A stretch of 64,000 bases of DNA from Candidatus Cloacimonadales bacterium (GTDB taxonomy: Bacteria > Cloacimonadota > Cloacimonadia > Cloacimonadales > JAIOQZ01). Shown here piece by piece: positions 32,670 to 42,945 of this stretch; position 1 is the first letter of the stretch; each line of letters starts with the position of its first letter. Below the pieces are notes generated by a model, which saw nothing but the letters and a program-made list of their open reading frames with translations, did no database searches and had not been told where the DNA came from. The position numbers and the translations under genes were made by a program. Location of the stretch: positions 576,001 through 640,000 of the forward strand of contig OY762463.1 of NCBI GenBank assembly GCA_963665815.1, read 5' to 3'.

Positions 32670-33156
32670 AAATCCTCCGGTATCTTATAACATAATATAA
32701 GTAAATGTTTTAGAATAATAAAGGAATTATTAAGAATGTGTTATTGGATGACAGACTAAGTAAAAATTGCAAGTTAGCTTAAAGGTAGTATAAATTTATG
32801 TCGTAGGTTTTCCGATTCTTCTGATCTCAGTTTACTTAACCTACAGATAAAGAAAGGTTTGAGAGCTCCCGAGTTTGGATATTAAAAGGCTCAAATACTT
32901 CATGGAAATCCAAAATAATAGTCTTAAAGTAATAAATAATCTAGGAGGTTCAATTCAGTAATCCTATTCTTTAAACCATACAATGACACTCAATTACTCC
33001 TAGTAGTAAGAATTTATAAATCAATAAGGTTAGCCCCTTCTATTTCATCCTCTTTCTCACTAACTCTGACACTGCTAAGAACAGTACGCCCATATTAATT
33101 GACAATTTGACTACACTGTCAATACTTGAATCAAATTAAATCAAAGGAAAAATACT

Positions 33157-34995
33157 ATGTGTGGAATAGTTGGATATATTGGTTACAGAAACTCTGTACC
33201 GCTCATTATAGAAGGAATTAAAAGACTGGAATATAGAGGTTACGACAGCTCGGGAACTGCTGTTATCAACGATAACAAAGAACTGCAATTCGTAAAACGT
33301 AAAGGTAAAATCATTGAGCTTGAAAGGGCGTTACCTGCCCCAAGCAAGTTTTCAGGAACTATTGGCATTGCTCATACACGCTGGGCAACTCACGGAGAAC
33401 CGAACGAAGTCAACTCTCACCCGCATTTCAACAAAGAAAATACTATTGCTCTAGTCCATAATGGTATCATAGAAAACTATGAAGCCATTAAGAAGAGACT
33501 GGAAAAAGAAGGATACTCCTTTGTTTCCGAAACAGACTCTGAGGTTCTTGTTCAGCTTATAGATTATTTCTACAAAAAAGATAATGATATGAAGTCTGCC
33601 GTACAAACCGCCTGCAGAATGGTAGAAGGTACATTCGGGATTGCGGTGATAAACTCTGATACACCGGATTATATTTATGCGGCCAGAAAAGGTTCCCCTC
33701 TTATTCTCGGAATTGGCAATAACGAGTATTTCATTACATCAGACGTTAATGCTACGATTGTACATACAAACAAAGTCATATACATCAACGACAACGAAAT
33801 GGTTACAATTAACAGAAAGAGTTATGAGATTACAACTTTGGAGAATGAAGCTGTAAAAGCAAAGATCTCTGAGATTGACTGGGACATATCTTCTATAGAA
33901 AAAGGTGATTATAAGCACTTTATGCTGAAGGAAATATTCGAGCAACCTGTTTCTGTATCAAATGCCTATAGAGGAAGGCTTATTGAAAAGCTTTCTACAA
34001 CAAAGCTTGGCGGACTGGCAATGTCAAATGAACAGTTACGTAAAGTCAAGAAAGTGCAGATTATTGCCTGCGGAACTTCATGGCATGCCGGAATGATTGG
34101 AAAATATCTAATAGAGATGCTGGCAAGAATCCCTGTAGAAGTTGAATATGCAGGAGAATACCGTTATAGAAACCCCATTATCCCTGAAGACACAATTGTC
34201 TTTGTAATCAGTCAATCCGGCGAAACAGCAGACACTCTTGCTGCATTGCGGGAAGCTCAGGCACGTGGAGCTAAGGTTCTGGGTATCACTAACACAATAG
34301 GCTCTACAATTGCCCGTGAATCAGATGGCGGTGTCTACATTCATGCCGGAACAGAAATCGGGGTGGCTTCAACCAAAGCTTTCACCTCTCAAGTGACAGT
34401 GTTATCTTTGTTCGCTGTTCTGATGGGGAGAATGAGAAACCTTTCTCCTACATATGGTTCTGAATTTATCAAGGAAATAAAGAACATTCCTTCTAAAATA
34501 AAGCAGATTCTCGCACTCAATGATGAAATCAGAGACTTTGCCCGATCTATCAAAGACTCTACGAATGCATTGTTTCTGGGCAGAGGATTGCACTATCCTG
34601 TTGCCCTGGAAGGAGCTTTGAAACTTAAGGAAATCTCGTATATACATGCAGAAGGTTATCCGGCGGCAGAGATGAAACACGGTCCTATTGCTCTAATTGA
34701 TGAAAACATGCCAGTTGTAGCAATTGCTATGAATGATGCAATATACGATAAGGTGATATCCAATCTGCAGGAAGTTAAAGCAAGAAAAGGTCGTATCTTT
34801 GCAATAGCGACTGAAGGAGACACTCAGATTGCTGAACTTGCTGAAAAGGTTATCTATATCCCTGATACAAAATATGCACTGCAGCCGTTACTATCTGTTA
34901 TTCCACTCCAGATGTTGTCATATCATGTAGCAGATCTGAAAGAGCTGGATGTTGATCAACCTAGAAATCTTGCTAAAAGCGTTACAGTTGAATAG
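33157..34995 (+). CDS. glmS: Glutamine--fructose-6-phosphate aminotransferase
   Basis: MCGIVG, LEYRGYDS, HTRWATHG, SQSGETADT, VASTKAF, PRNLAKSVTVE. Confidence 0.98.
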   Translation: MCGIVGYIGYRNSVPLIIEGIKRLEYRGYDSSGTAVINDNKELQFVKRKGKIIELERALPAPSKFSGTIGIAHTRWATHGEPNEVNSHPHFNKENTIALVHNGIIENYEAIKKRLEKEGYSFVSETDSEVLVQLIDYFYKKDNDMKSAVQTACRMVEGTFGIAVINSDTPDYIYAARKGSPLILGIGNNEYFITSDVNATIVHTNKVIYINDNEMVTINRKSYEITTLENEAVKAKISEIDWDISSIEKGDYKHFMLKEIFEQPVSVSNAYRGRLIEKLSTTKLGGLAMSNEQLRKVKKVQIIACGTSWHAGMIGKYLIEMLARIPVEVEYAGEYRYRNPIIPEDTIVFVISQSGETADTLAALREAQARGAKVLGITNTIGSTIARESDGGVYIHAGTEIGVASTKAFTSQVTVLSLFAVLMGRMRNLSPTYGSEFIKEIKNIPSKIKQILALNDEIRDFARSIKDSTNALFLGRGLHYPVALEGALKLKEISYIHAEGYPAAEMKHGPIALIDENMPVVAIAMNDAIYDKVISNLQEVKARKGRIFAIATEGDTQIAELAEKVIYIPDTKYALQPLLSVIPLQMLSYHVADLKELDVDQPRNLAKSVTVE

Positions 34996-34997
34996 AA

Positions 34998-35669
34998 ATG
35001 ATTAACTTTGCTGATTACTCTCAGTATTTTCAGTATGAATACGGAGATGTTGTTTATGATTCTGAGAACTTAAAGATTTTTGTTTCGAAGAACAGATCTC
35101 ATGTAAATCCGCATGGAGTATCATTTCCTTGCATCTTCTATGAAGATAATGGTATACTGTATCTTTCAGTATCTCCAAATGTATTTGGCAAAATAGAGAA
35201 TATGACATTCCCAGTAGATAAGTTGTCAAATAATCCTGTTAATTCCCTGGAGAATCTCTTTCCCAAAGACGTGAAATGGCTGAGAATAAACAGATATATT
35301 TCTAATTATGATTCTATAATAGATAATGTAGATGTGACTAAATACTTTAACAATAAAGATATAATTGTACGTATAGAAAGTAATACTACAATACTCATGA
35401 ATTCAGATAACGATATGATTGGAAAAGCATTTATTACTCGTGACTCCAAAGAATGGAGCGAAATTTCTATAAGAATCAGCAAAGAGTATCGTAATAACTC
35501 TCTTGGCTATTTTCTGGCAAAGTATATGCTTCTTAAAATTACTGAATCAGGTAAAAATATTATATATGTATGCGAGTCGGCAAATATTCCTTTCGTAAGA
35601 ATAGCTGAAAAACTAGGACTATCCTTAGTTTCTGAAGAAAAAATTGCATATCTTAAACATCAACCATAG
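34998..35669 (+). CDS. GNAT-family acetyltransferase-like protein
   Basis: C-terminal EYRNNSLG...NIPFVRIAEKLG motif. Confidence 0.6.
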   Translation: MINFADYSQYFQYEYGDVVYDSENLKIFVSKNRSHVNPHGVSFPCIFYEDNGILYLSVSPNVFGKIENMTFPVDKLSNNPVNSLENLFPKDVKWLRINRYISNYDSIIDNVDVTKYFNNKDIIVRIESNTTILMNSDNDMIGKAFITRDSKEWSEISIRISKEYRNNSLGYFLAKYMLLKITESGKNIIYVCESANIPFVRIAEKLGLSLVSEEKIAYLKHQP

Positions 35670-35686
35670 CAAACACTGGAGCTTTC

Positions 35687-38062
35687 ATGAGCATTAAAAC
35701 CATATACCTCCTTCCCCACTCTCACACGGATATTGGCTACACTGAATATCAGAAGAAGATTGAGCTGTGGCAGATTGATTTTATCAGACAAGTATTGAGA
35801 ATACAGGATAGTCCTGAATATGCTTCTTTTAAGTGGAATTGCGAAAGTTTCTGGGTGGTTGAAAAATTTCTGAGATCAGCTTCTCCTGATGAGAAATTAT
35901 CGTTTGTAAATGCTGTCAGAGAAGAAAAAATTGGAGTTTCAGCCAGTTATCTTAATTTCTCAGAGATACTTGACTTCGACTTGCTTAAATCTTTGACAAA
36001 ACGTTCTGTTGACTGGGGTAAGTCAAATGGAATAAATATTGATACAGCCATGACAGCTGATATAAACGGTTATGGTTGGGGATTTGCCAGAGTATTATCG
36101 GAACTTGGTGTCAAAAATCTGTTTTCATGCGTACATACTCACCATGGGATGTTTCCTGCTTTTGCCAAGCAGCGACCATTCTGGTGGGAAGAGTCTAATA
36201 AAGACAGAATTCTGGTATGGAACGGAGAACATTATCACTTTGGTAACGAATTCGGAATTGCTCCTGATGCAGGTGCATGTTATCTGATAAAAGACGAATT
36301 TGATCTGGACCATATCTTCCATAAACTGGATGTTGTGATGAAAACCAGAATTCCACGCTATATAGAAAATCTTGAGAAAGAAGGCTATCCATTCGATTTC
36401 GCTCCTGTAATGATATCCGGATTACGTACAGATAATTCACCTCCGGGAAAAGAAATAGTTAAAGCGATTTCGGTATGGAATGCAAAAAATGATGTTAAAT
36501 TAGAGTTGATTACATTGTCTGACTTTTTCAGCAAAGTTGATAGAGAAAGTACAGATATTCCTGTGTATCATGGAGACTGGCCCGATTGGTGGACAGATGG
36601 AGCTGCAAGTAAGCCTGCCGAACTCAAGCTTTATAAATCTACTCAACGCAAAAGAAACCTCATGAAGAAAATCTATGGAGCAAAATCATTGAAAATAGTT
36701 GATGAGAAACTCGGACTCTATGCAGAGCATACTTACGGTCATTCTGATTCTGTGTCGCAACCCTGGAATGAAGAAGTAAGTCTTATTTCAACACGCAAGA
36801 ATGCATATATAACAGAGGCTATAGATATTCTGGATGAAATGCAATACAAATATGAACTGGAGCACGGAGGCAGTGCTTTACAATATGAAAGAACACTCAA
36901 ATACATGATATGTAATCTGTCATCTGAATCGGTAAATGATCTGGTATATTTAAAAGTCAATCACTTTGAAATCAATGAGTTGTACCTGAATGAAGGTGCC
37001 GACATTATTGATTGTGAATCAGGAGAAAAGCTAAACTACTCCAAAGAGGGAACTCCCGGAGGAGTACACTTTGTTGTTAAGATGGAGCTTGCAGGTAAAT
37101 CAGAACGAATGCTGGAGATAATTCCTGTAAAAAAAGACAGATTTGTCACAGTGAACAGCTATTCTCTTAAAGGCTCAGATGGCATAGATGACATTGTCCT
37201 TGAATCGAAACTGATAAGCAATTCTTACAGCAATGATAGAGTAAAGATATTCTGGTCATTTCCTGGAGGTATAACATCCATTCTTGATACAGATAATGAT
37301 ATTGAGCTTATCAATCAGGAGAATGATCATCCCCTGTTTACCCCTGTTTATGACGTTACTCCAGTAAAAGATATAAATCAAATGTGTTCAGTACGAAGCG
37401 CAATGGGCAGAAACCGTAAAGGTAAGAATTTTCAACAGCATTCAGGAAAGCTTAATTCTGTAGACTTAACATTCACATCTGACCTCTATGACAAACTTCA
37501 GTTTGATTATGAGATAGAAGGAGCACGCTTCTACAGAATGATTCTCACTGTTCATAATTATGAAGGTAGGATTGACGTAAATGTTATCATGCATAAAGAC
37601 TCCATCTGGGAACCGGAAAATATGTATTTGTCTATTCCATTACAGGTTAGTAATTCGGAAATATTTTTATGTAAAGCCGGTGAATTTGTGCAACCATTGA
37701 AAGATCAGCTTCCGGGAACTTGTATTGACTATTACAGTGTTGAACATGGGATTTTATTTAGTTCTGATTCTTATGGAATCGGTCTACGTACTCCTGACAC
37801 TTCATTATTACAGCTTGGTGATCTCAGACACAAAAGTAGAATACTCTTTAATGGAGAAGACAAATACTATGGTAAACGTCTCCCCTATATCTGGCTAATG
37901 ACCAACTACTGGGAAACAAACTTTGCCGCAGAACTCGGAGGTTTCCACAAGTTTAACTTCAATCTGCTTTTTGGGAAAGATTATACTGATAATGAAGTTT
38001 CAAGACAAAGAATGAAAGGTTTATCCGAATCACTCATTGTTGTAAGGCAAAAAACTGATTAA
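35687..38062 (+). CDS. Glycoside hydrolase family 38-like protein
   Basis: HSHTDIGY, DINGYGW, DNSPP, WPDWWTDG, AEHTYG, NYWETNF. Confidence 0.8.
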   Translation: MSIKTIYLLPHSHTDIGYTEYQKKIELWQIDFIRQVLRIQDSPEYASFKWNCESFWVVEKFLRSASPDEKLSFVNAVREEKIGVSASYLNFSEILDFDLLKSLTKRSVDWGKSNGINIDTAMTADINGYGWGFARVLSELGVKNLFSCVHTHHGMFPAFAKQRPFWWEESNKDRILVWNGEHYHFGNEFGIAPDAGACYLIKDEFDLDHIFHKLDVVMKTRIPRYIENLEKEGYPFDFAPVMISGLRTDNSPPGKEIVKAISVWNAKNDVKLELITLSDFFSKVDRESTDIPVYHGDWPDWWTDGAASKPAELKLYKSTQRKRNLMKKIYGAKSLKIVDEKLGLYAEHTYGHSDSVSQPWNEEVSLISTRKNAYITEAIDILDEMQYKYELEHGGSALQYERTLKYMICNLSSESVNDLVYLKVNHFEINELYLNEGADIIDCESGEKLNYSKEGTPGGVHFVVKMELAGKSERMLEIIPVKKDRFVTVNSYSLKGSDGIDDIVLESKLISNSYSNDRVKIFWSFPGGITSILDTDNDIELINQENDHPLFTPVYDVTPVKDINQMCSVRSAMGRNRKGKNFQQHSGKLNSVDLTFTSDLYDKLQFDYEIEGARFYRMILTVHNYEGRIDVNVIMHKDSIWEPENMYLSIPLQVSNSEIFLCKAGEFVQPLKDQLPGTCIDYYSVEHGILFSSDSYGIGLRTPDTSLLQLGDLRHKSRILFNGEDKYYGKRLPYIWLMTNYWETNFAAELGGFHKFNFNLLFGKDYTDNEVSRQRMKGLSESLIVVRQKTD

Positions 38063-38063
38063 A

Positions 38064-38094
38064 AAAGTCAGGCTCATGGAGTAAGCCTGACTTT
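38064..38094. terminator. Bidirectional terminator
   Basis: AAAGTCAGGCT...AGCCTGACTTT between convergent genes. Confidence 0.8.
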
Positions 38095-38139
38095 CGGGTG
38101 TATTATGTTAGAAATAAAGTAACGTTTATATCTGATTAG

Positions 38140-39417
38140 CTATTTCATCATAATAAGTTTTTTAGTTGCTGATCCTTCACTTGTGATAATTCTGGCAAAG
38201 TACACACCGGAAGCTGAATTGCCACCATTATCATCTTTACCGTTCCATTTTACACTGTGATTACCTGAAGTGAAATGTCTGTCTGCAAGAGTTCTTACTT
38301 TCTGACCTCTGATGTTGTATATTGAGATGTTTACGTTTGATTCATTTTTAAGGTTAAAAGCCAGATTGGTTTCCGGATTAAATGGATTAGGGTATACACT
38401 GAGTTCAATGTTAAAATGAACAACTTCATTCTGTTCGTTTGCAACAGGCATCGGATTATGGTAAACAATATCTGTTACACCAACGCCAACCGTGAAAGTC
38501 AAAGTCTGATTAAATGCGTTATTAATATCATATACGTAAATATGAGAGTTCTGGATATAATCTACAGCATCTGCTGAAACAAGCAGGTTGTCATGACCTG
38601 TAATTACGTTTCCACCGGAGAAAGAACCTGTTGCAGAACTCAGATCAGACATATTGAATGCGAAAACATCTGCAGGGTAAGAATTACCGAGGAAGAGATA
38701 GTTGTCTGTCAAGTAGATTGAACCCGGGGCATTCTGACAATCGAAAGTCTGTTCCAGAGAATCTGAGGATGCATTGTAAATGTCCACTTTACCTGTTTCA
38801 GTATCGAAGTTTCCTGTGCAGACAACATAGTATTTATCATTTCTGAAAACTACATTTCGCGGATTAGTTGAGCAGTTGATGATTGAGTCTGATGTGAAAT
38901 CATTCAGGTTGATTTTATAAACTTCACCCTGTCCATAACTCCAGTCACCAGGATTGAAACCTGTGCAGGCGACATACAGGTAGTTATTATAGATAGCCAT
39001 TCCTTCCGGTGCTCTACCAACGTTAACTGTACCGAGAATTGTACCGTTCTGCAGATCGACTTTGTATACTTTATCCAGGTCGTTACTGTTAACATAGGCT
39101 GTATCACCATCGATCACGAAGTAGTTAGGACTTGAGCTATCTTCCATATAGATGTAACAGGTGTTTGACGGATTATCCAGATCGATTTTCTGAAGAGCGT
39201 TTTCGTAAGTTATTACAACAATAGCATAGTTGTTCCAGATTCGAACGATGTTTGGAGCTGATTCCTGTCCCTGCCCCAGCATGGCAAAAGCATTGTTGAC
39301 CTGACTGGTAGCAGCATCATATTTACTGAGTGTTTCGGACTCGGAGTTAACAACATAATAATCGGCAAATAATAATGATGTGATAAAAAGTATTGTTAAG
39401 AGAATTCTGATTCGCAT
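38140..39417 (-). CDS. YncE/BtuG-like beta-propeller with C-terminal PNPFNP FlgD-Ig domain
   Basis: Signal peptide, VGRAPEGMAIY..YLYVA repeats, YPNPFNPET...WNGKDD..SGVYF CTD; directly downstream of the cobalamin riboswitch. Confidence 0.8.
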   Translation of the reverse strand: MRIRILLTILFITSLLFADYYVVNSESETLSKYDAATSQVNNAFAMLGQGQESAPNIVRIWNNYAIVVITYENALQKIDLDNPSNTCYIYMEDSSSPNYFVIDGDTAYVNSNDLDKVYKVDLQNGTILGTVNVGRAPEGMAIYNNYLYVACTGFNPGDWSYGQGEVYKINLNDFTSDSIINCSTNPRNVVFRNDKYYVVCTGNFDTETGKVDIYNASSDSLEQTFDCQNAPGSIYLTDNYLFLGNSYPADVFAFNMSDLSSATGSFSGGNVITGHDNLLVSADAVDYIQNSHIYVYDINNAFNQTLTFTVGVGVTDIVYHNPMPVANEQNEVVHFNIELSVYPNPFNPETNLAFNLKNESNVNISIYNIRGQKVRTLADRHFTSGNHSVKWNGKDDNGGNSASGVYFARIITSEGSATKKLIMMK

Positions 39418-39423
39418 ATTAAA

Positions 39424-39440
39424 TCTCCTTATGCAGGAGA
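39424..39440 (-). promoter_or_regulatory. RBS-sequestering hairpin (riboswitch expression platform)
   Basis: On the transcript UCUCCU-GCAUA-AGGAGA pairs over the AGGAG RBS just upstream of the ATG at 39417. Confidence 0.7.
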
Positions 39441-39493
39441 AAGGCCAAATAGTTGTGCCTATCTGACTTTCCCACCGAAAGTATTATAGATTT

Positions 39494-39652
39494 GCACTGG
39501 CATGTTTCCTGACTCGAAAGGATTACCTCGATCTAACCTTCCCATTCTTGCGAACAGTGGAATTCAGATCTCGCCTTTCTTACAGTAGCGGGGGCTGTTA
39601 CGGCTTTTCACCGTATTCCATCTTAGCACTTCAGAACGAAGTGAACCAACAC
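39494..39652 (-). ncRNA. Cobalamin riboswitch
   Basis: Minus strand: TTGGTT...AAGATGGAATACGGTGAAAAGCCGTAACAGCCCCCGCTACTGTAA...CCACTG...GGGAAGG...AGTCAGGAAACATGCCA (B12 box). Confidence 0.93.
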
Positions 39653-39702
39653 ATATATGTACAGAAATTTTAATACTGGTTGATGCGTCAAGCAAATTGT
39701 AA

Positions 39703-40611
39703 AATGAAAAATGCATTACGAAAGGTTGAAAACCTTTGGGAAGCTTTGCATAATATCAAAATCGGTTAGCTTTTGCGAAATAAATTCGATGAGATTTTAG
39801 AATATATTAAGAAAACCATATTGTCCTGAAATGTTTTTAATTCTAAAATCGAATCAACTACTCCCAATAATGAAAAATGCATTACGAAAGGTTGAAAACC
39901 TTTGGGAAGCTTTGCATAATATCAAAATCGGTTAGCTTTTGCGAAATAAATTCGATGAGATTTTAGAATATATTAAGAAAACCATATTGTCCTGAAATCT
40001 GATTAATTCTAAAATCGAGTCAACTACTCCCAATAATGAAAAATGCATTACGAAAGGTTGAAAACCTTTAGAAAGCTTTGCATAATATCAAAATCGGTTA
40101 GCTTTTGCAAAATAAATTCGATGAGATTTTAGAATATATTAAGAAAACCATATTGTCCTGAAATGTGATTAATTCTAAAATCGAGTCAACTACTCCCAAT
40201 AATGAAAAATGCATTACGAAAGGTTGAAAACCTTTAGAAAGCTTTGTATAATATCAAAATCGGTTAGCTTTTGCGAAATAAATTCGATGAGATTTTAGAA
40301 TATATTAAGAAAACCATATTGTCCTGAAATGTGATTAATTCTAAAATTGAGTCAACTACTCCCAATAATGAAAAATGCATTACGAAAGGTTGAAAACCTT
40401 TGGAGAGCTTTGCATAATGACAAAACATGTAGCTTTTGCAAAATAAATTCGATGAGATTTTAGAATATATTAAGAAAACCATATTGTCCTGAAATGTGAT
40501 TAATTCTAAAATCGAGTCAACTACTCCCAATAATGAAAAATGCATTACGAAAGGTTGAAAACCTTTAGAAAGCTTTGTATAATATCAAAAATAGGTTAGC
40601 TTTTGCGAAAA
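39703..40611. repeat. Tandem array of ~5.5 near-identical 166-bp units
   Basis: Unit starts AATGAAAAATGCATTACG at 39703, 39869, 40035, 40201, 40367, 40532. Confidence 0.97.
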
Positions 40612-40727
40612 AAATTGATCCTGATAATTCTTACAATCAACATCGTCTATTTAAACAAAAATTACTTCTTTTAAATTTTCTTGCAGTAATCATGGGAACA
40701 ACAATATTTTGTTTTAAGGAGTAATGA

Positions 40728-41426
40728 ATGATATCCAAAGAAATGATCACAGTTCCAGCCTCTATAGAAGAAAAATGGCAGGAGATTATTGATTTAATGG
40801 CGAAAATAATCGGTGTTCCATCCGGTTTAATAATGAGGATCAATGGCAGCAACATTGAAGTCTTCATTGCCAGTCAAACACAAAATAACCCCTATAAACC
40901 CGGAGATCGTGAATATCTGCCAAATTCCGGTTTATATTGTGAAACTGTTATAAACACATCTGATAAATTGATTGTACCAAATGCCTTGAATGATCCTGAC
41001 TGGTGTAGCAATCCGGATGTAAAACTGAACATGATTTCCTATATGGGATTTCCAATTCTGCTTCCGGATAATACTCCATTTGGCACAATATGCGTTCTTG
41101 ATAACAAGGAGAATAAATATTCAGAATTGTTTTCTGATTTAGTTGAAAAGTTCCGGAATATTATTAACAGAGATATTGAACTACTTTACTTAAACCAGGA
41201 ACTTGGGCTGAAGAACAAGCAATTGACTGACATTATAAGCGAAATTAAAACTCTCAAAGGATTGATTCCGATTTGCTCCTGGTGCAGAAAAGTCAGAGAT
41301 GATGATGGTTTCTGGAAAAGTGTTGAAACATATCTTGAAGAACATTCGGCAGCAGAATTTACACATGGAATCTGCGAGGAATGCAAGAAGAAACTGTTTG
41401 ATTCACCGATAAAAAGTAATACATAA
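40728..41426 (+). CDS. GAF-domain protein with C-terminal Zn-ribbon
   Basis: YCETVI..., SYMGFPILLPDNTPFGTICVLD; PICSWCRKVRDDDGFW...FTHGICEEC. Confidence 0.85.
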   Translation: MISKEMITVPASIEEKWQEIIDLMAKIIGVPSGLIMRINGSNIEVFIASQTQNNPYKPGDREYLPNSGLYCETVINTSDKLIVPNALNDPDWCSNPDVKLNMISYMGFPILLPDNTPFGTICVLDNKENKYSELFSDLVEKFRNIINRDIELLYLNQELGLKNKQLTDIISEIKTLKGLIPICSWCRKVRDDDGFWKSVETYLEEHSAAEFTHGICEECKKKLFDSPIKSNT

Positions 41427-41429
41427 TTT

Positions 41430-41787
41430 TTAACATCAATGCTAATTATCCAAAAGATGAAGTGACTACCATATACTACTTTAATGCTGGATATAATTTT
41501 CCTCAAAGTTCCAGAGTATCCACTTTATCATCCTTGGCAGAGGCAAGACAACGAGGGATGATGCCGTTATTCAAGCTCTGGACAAAGGATTTCTGCGACA
41601 TGCCACTCTCGATGTTGTTGAAAATGAGCAATTGGCTTCATCTTCCCCACTCTGGGACAGGCCTGATGTGACTATTACTCCCCACCAGGCAGCCCTGACG
41701 GAACTTGATGATGTGATCAAGTCATTCAACAAAGTCCTGAATGGCAAGGCAAAAGAGCTTGAGGTTGATATTAAGAGAGGGTATTAA
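41430..41787 (+). pseudogene. 3' fragment of a D-2-hydroxyacid dehydrogenase
   Basis: Frame from 41521 reads HFIILGRGKTTRDDAVIQALDKGFLRHATLDVVENEQLASSSPLWDRPDVTITPHQA...VDIKRGY*; in-frame stops upstream, no start codon. Confidence 0.8.
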
Positions 41788-41825
41788 GTTGTGTCATAAA
41801 GAGTACTGTGCATAGAAACTGCTCA

Positions 41826-42012
41826 CAGACTGTGTAAAAACGGTTTGTGATAGAAAATTAATACTTATTTTTATAGCAGATTTTCCCGATTATTCGGGAC
41901 TCAATCAGCTTAAATTACTGATAAATTTAGGGATGAAAGATCCCTGAGCGGAGTCGAAGGAATTAGTTTTTGAGTGAATGAAGCGACAAAAACTATGTTT
42001 TTACACACACTG
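41826..42012. mobile_element. MITE family B (IS1182-like ends) containing a REP-like motif
   Basis: TIRs CAGACTGTGTAAAAAC / GTTTTTACACACACTG, flanked by TCA on both sides; internal TCCCTGAGCGGAGTCGAAGG. Confidence 0.7.
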
Positions 42013-42104
42013 TCAGGAGAAACAAAGTAATATTGCACAATTATAAATAAACTTGACTTACTTTCATCCCGCATCTTTTATTTACATATACTCAAGGAGG
42101 AATT

Positions 42105-42794
42105 ATGAGAAAATTGTTTTTATTTGTTTTTTTAGTTTGTCTTAGCACTGTTTGTATTGCTGAAGAAAGACCGGATTCAATATTGGCCGTTACTCTTGTA
42201 TCATTTAATTTAAGCACTTCCATAGGATTAGACCTTCAAGTATCATGGTCTACTGCTCAGGAGACAAATGTTCTAGGATATAGAATTTATCGAAATACAA
42301 CGAATGATTTTACTACAGCCCTTCCCTTGTTCAATGATTTGATAAGTGCAACAAACACAGATTCCATGGCTTACTACACATATAATGATCTTACCGTACA
42401 AAACAGTCATACTTACTATTACTGGCTCAGTGCTGTTGATTTTGCTAATACGAATTTACTGTTCGGACCTTTGGATGTTGAGTTTGCAATAATAGGTTAT
42501 GATGATAATTATTTGGCAGAAAGTCTCACAAACCTCAAAAACGCTTACCCGAATCCATTCAACCCGGAGACCAAAATAGAACTTTCCATTAAAGATAACG
42601 AAACCGGCGAACTCACTATCCTGAATATTAAAGGGCAGGTAATAAGACGAATTACCAATCTTACTGCCGGAAACCATACTTATACATGGAACGGCACAGA
42701 TGAAACAGGTAAGGACGTAGCTTCCGGAATTTACTACTACAGTCTTAAAACCCAAACTACTGATATACTGAAGAAAATGGTGTTGATTAAGTAG
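42105..42794 (+). CDS. Secreted protein with PNPFNP FlgD-Ig C-terminal domain
   Basis: Signal peptide, VTLVSF...WSTAQETNVLGYRIYR, AYPNPFNPET...WNGTDETG..ASGIYYY. Confidence 0.8.
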   Translation: MRKLFLFVFLVCLSTVCIAEERPDSILAVTLVSFNLSTSIGLDLQVSWSTAQETNVLGYRIYRNTTNDFTTALPLFNDLISATNTDSMAYYTYNDLTVQNSHTYYYWLSAVDFANTNLLFGPLDVEFAIIGYDDNYLAESLTNLKNAYPNPFNPETKIELSIKDNETGELTILNIKGQVIRRITNLTAGNHTYTWNGTDETGKDVASGIYYYSLKTQTTDILKKMVLIK

Positions 42795-42804
42795 GGGAAA
42801 ATTT

Positions 42805-42830
42805 AAGGGCTGCAGTTTTTGCAGCCCTTT
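42805..42830 (+). terminator. Intrinsic terminator
   Basis: AAGGGCTGCA-GTTTT-TGCAGCCCTTT. Confidence 0.8.
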
Positions 42831-42945
42831 GTATATAAAGTTCCTCTCTAGTTTTGATCTTAAGATATTTCATTTTAGTATATAATGTTTTATCCTTTCT
42901 AATAACCTGTAGATACGACTTTTCCTTTCTTGAAAAATCCAACTC

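Noticed and set aside
32670-33156. glmS ribozyme expected upstream of glmS
   Set aside because: Conserved AGCGCC...GACGAGG core not found
40264-40545. 93-aa ORF with an internal repeat
   Set aside because: By-product of the DNA repeat; the 166-bp unit shifts frame, and the ORF only spans the one 165-bp unit
39703-40611. Possible CRISPR array
   Set aside because: Units are 166 bp and near-identical along their whole length, with no unique spacers and no cas genes
41462-41671. 69-aa ORF
   Set aside because: Mostly an off-frame reading of the dehydrogenase pseudogene
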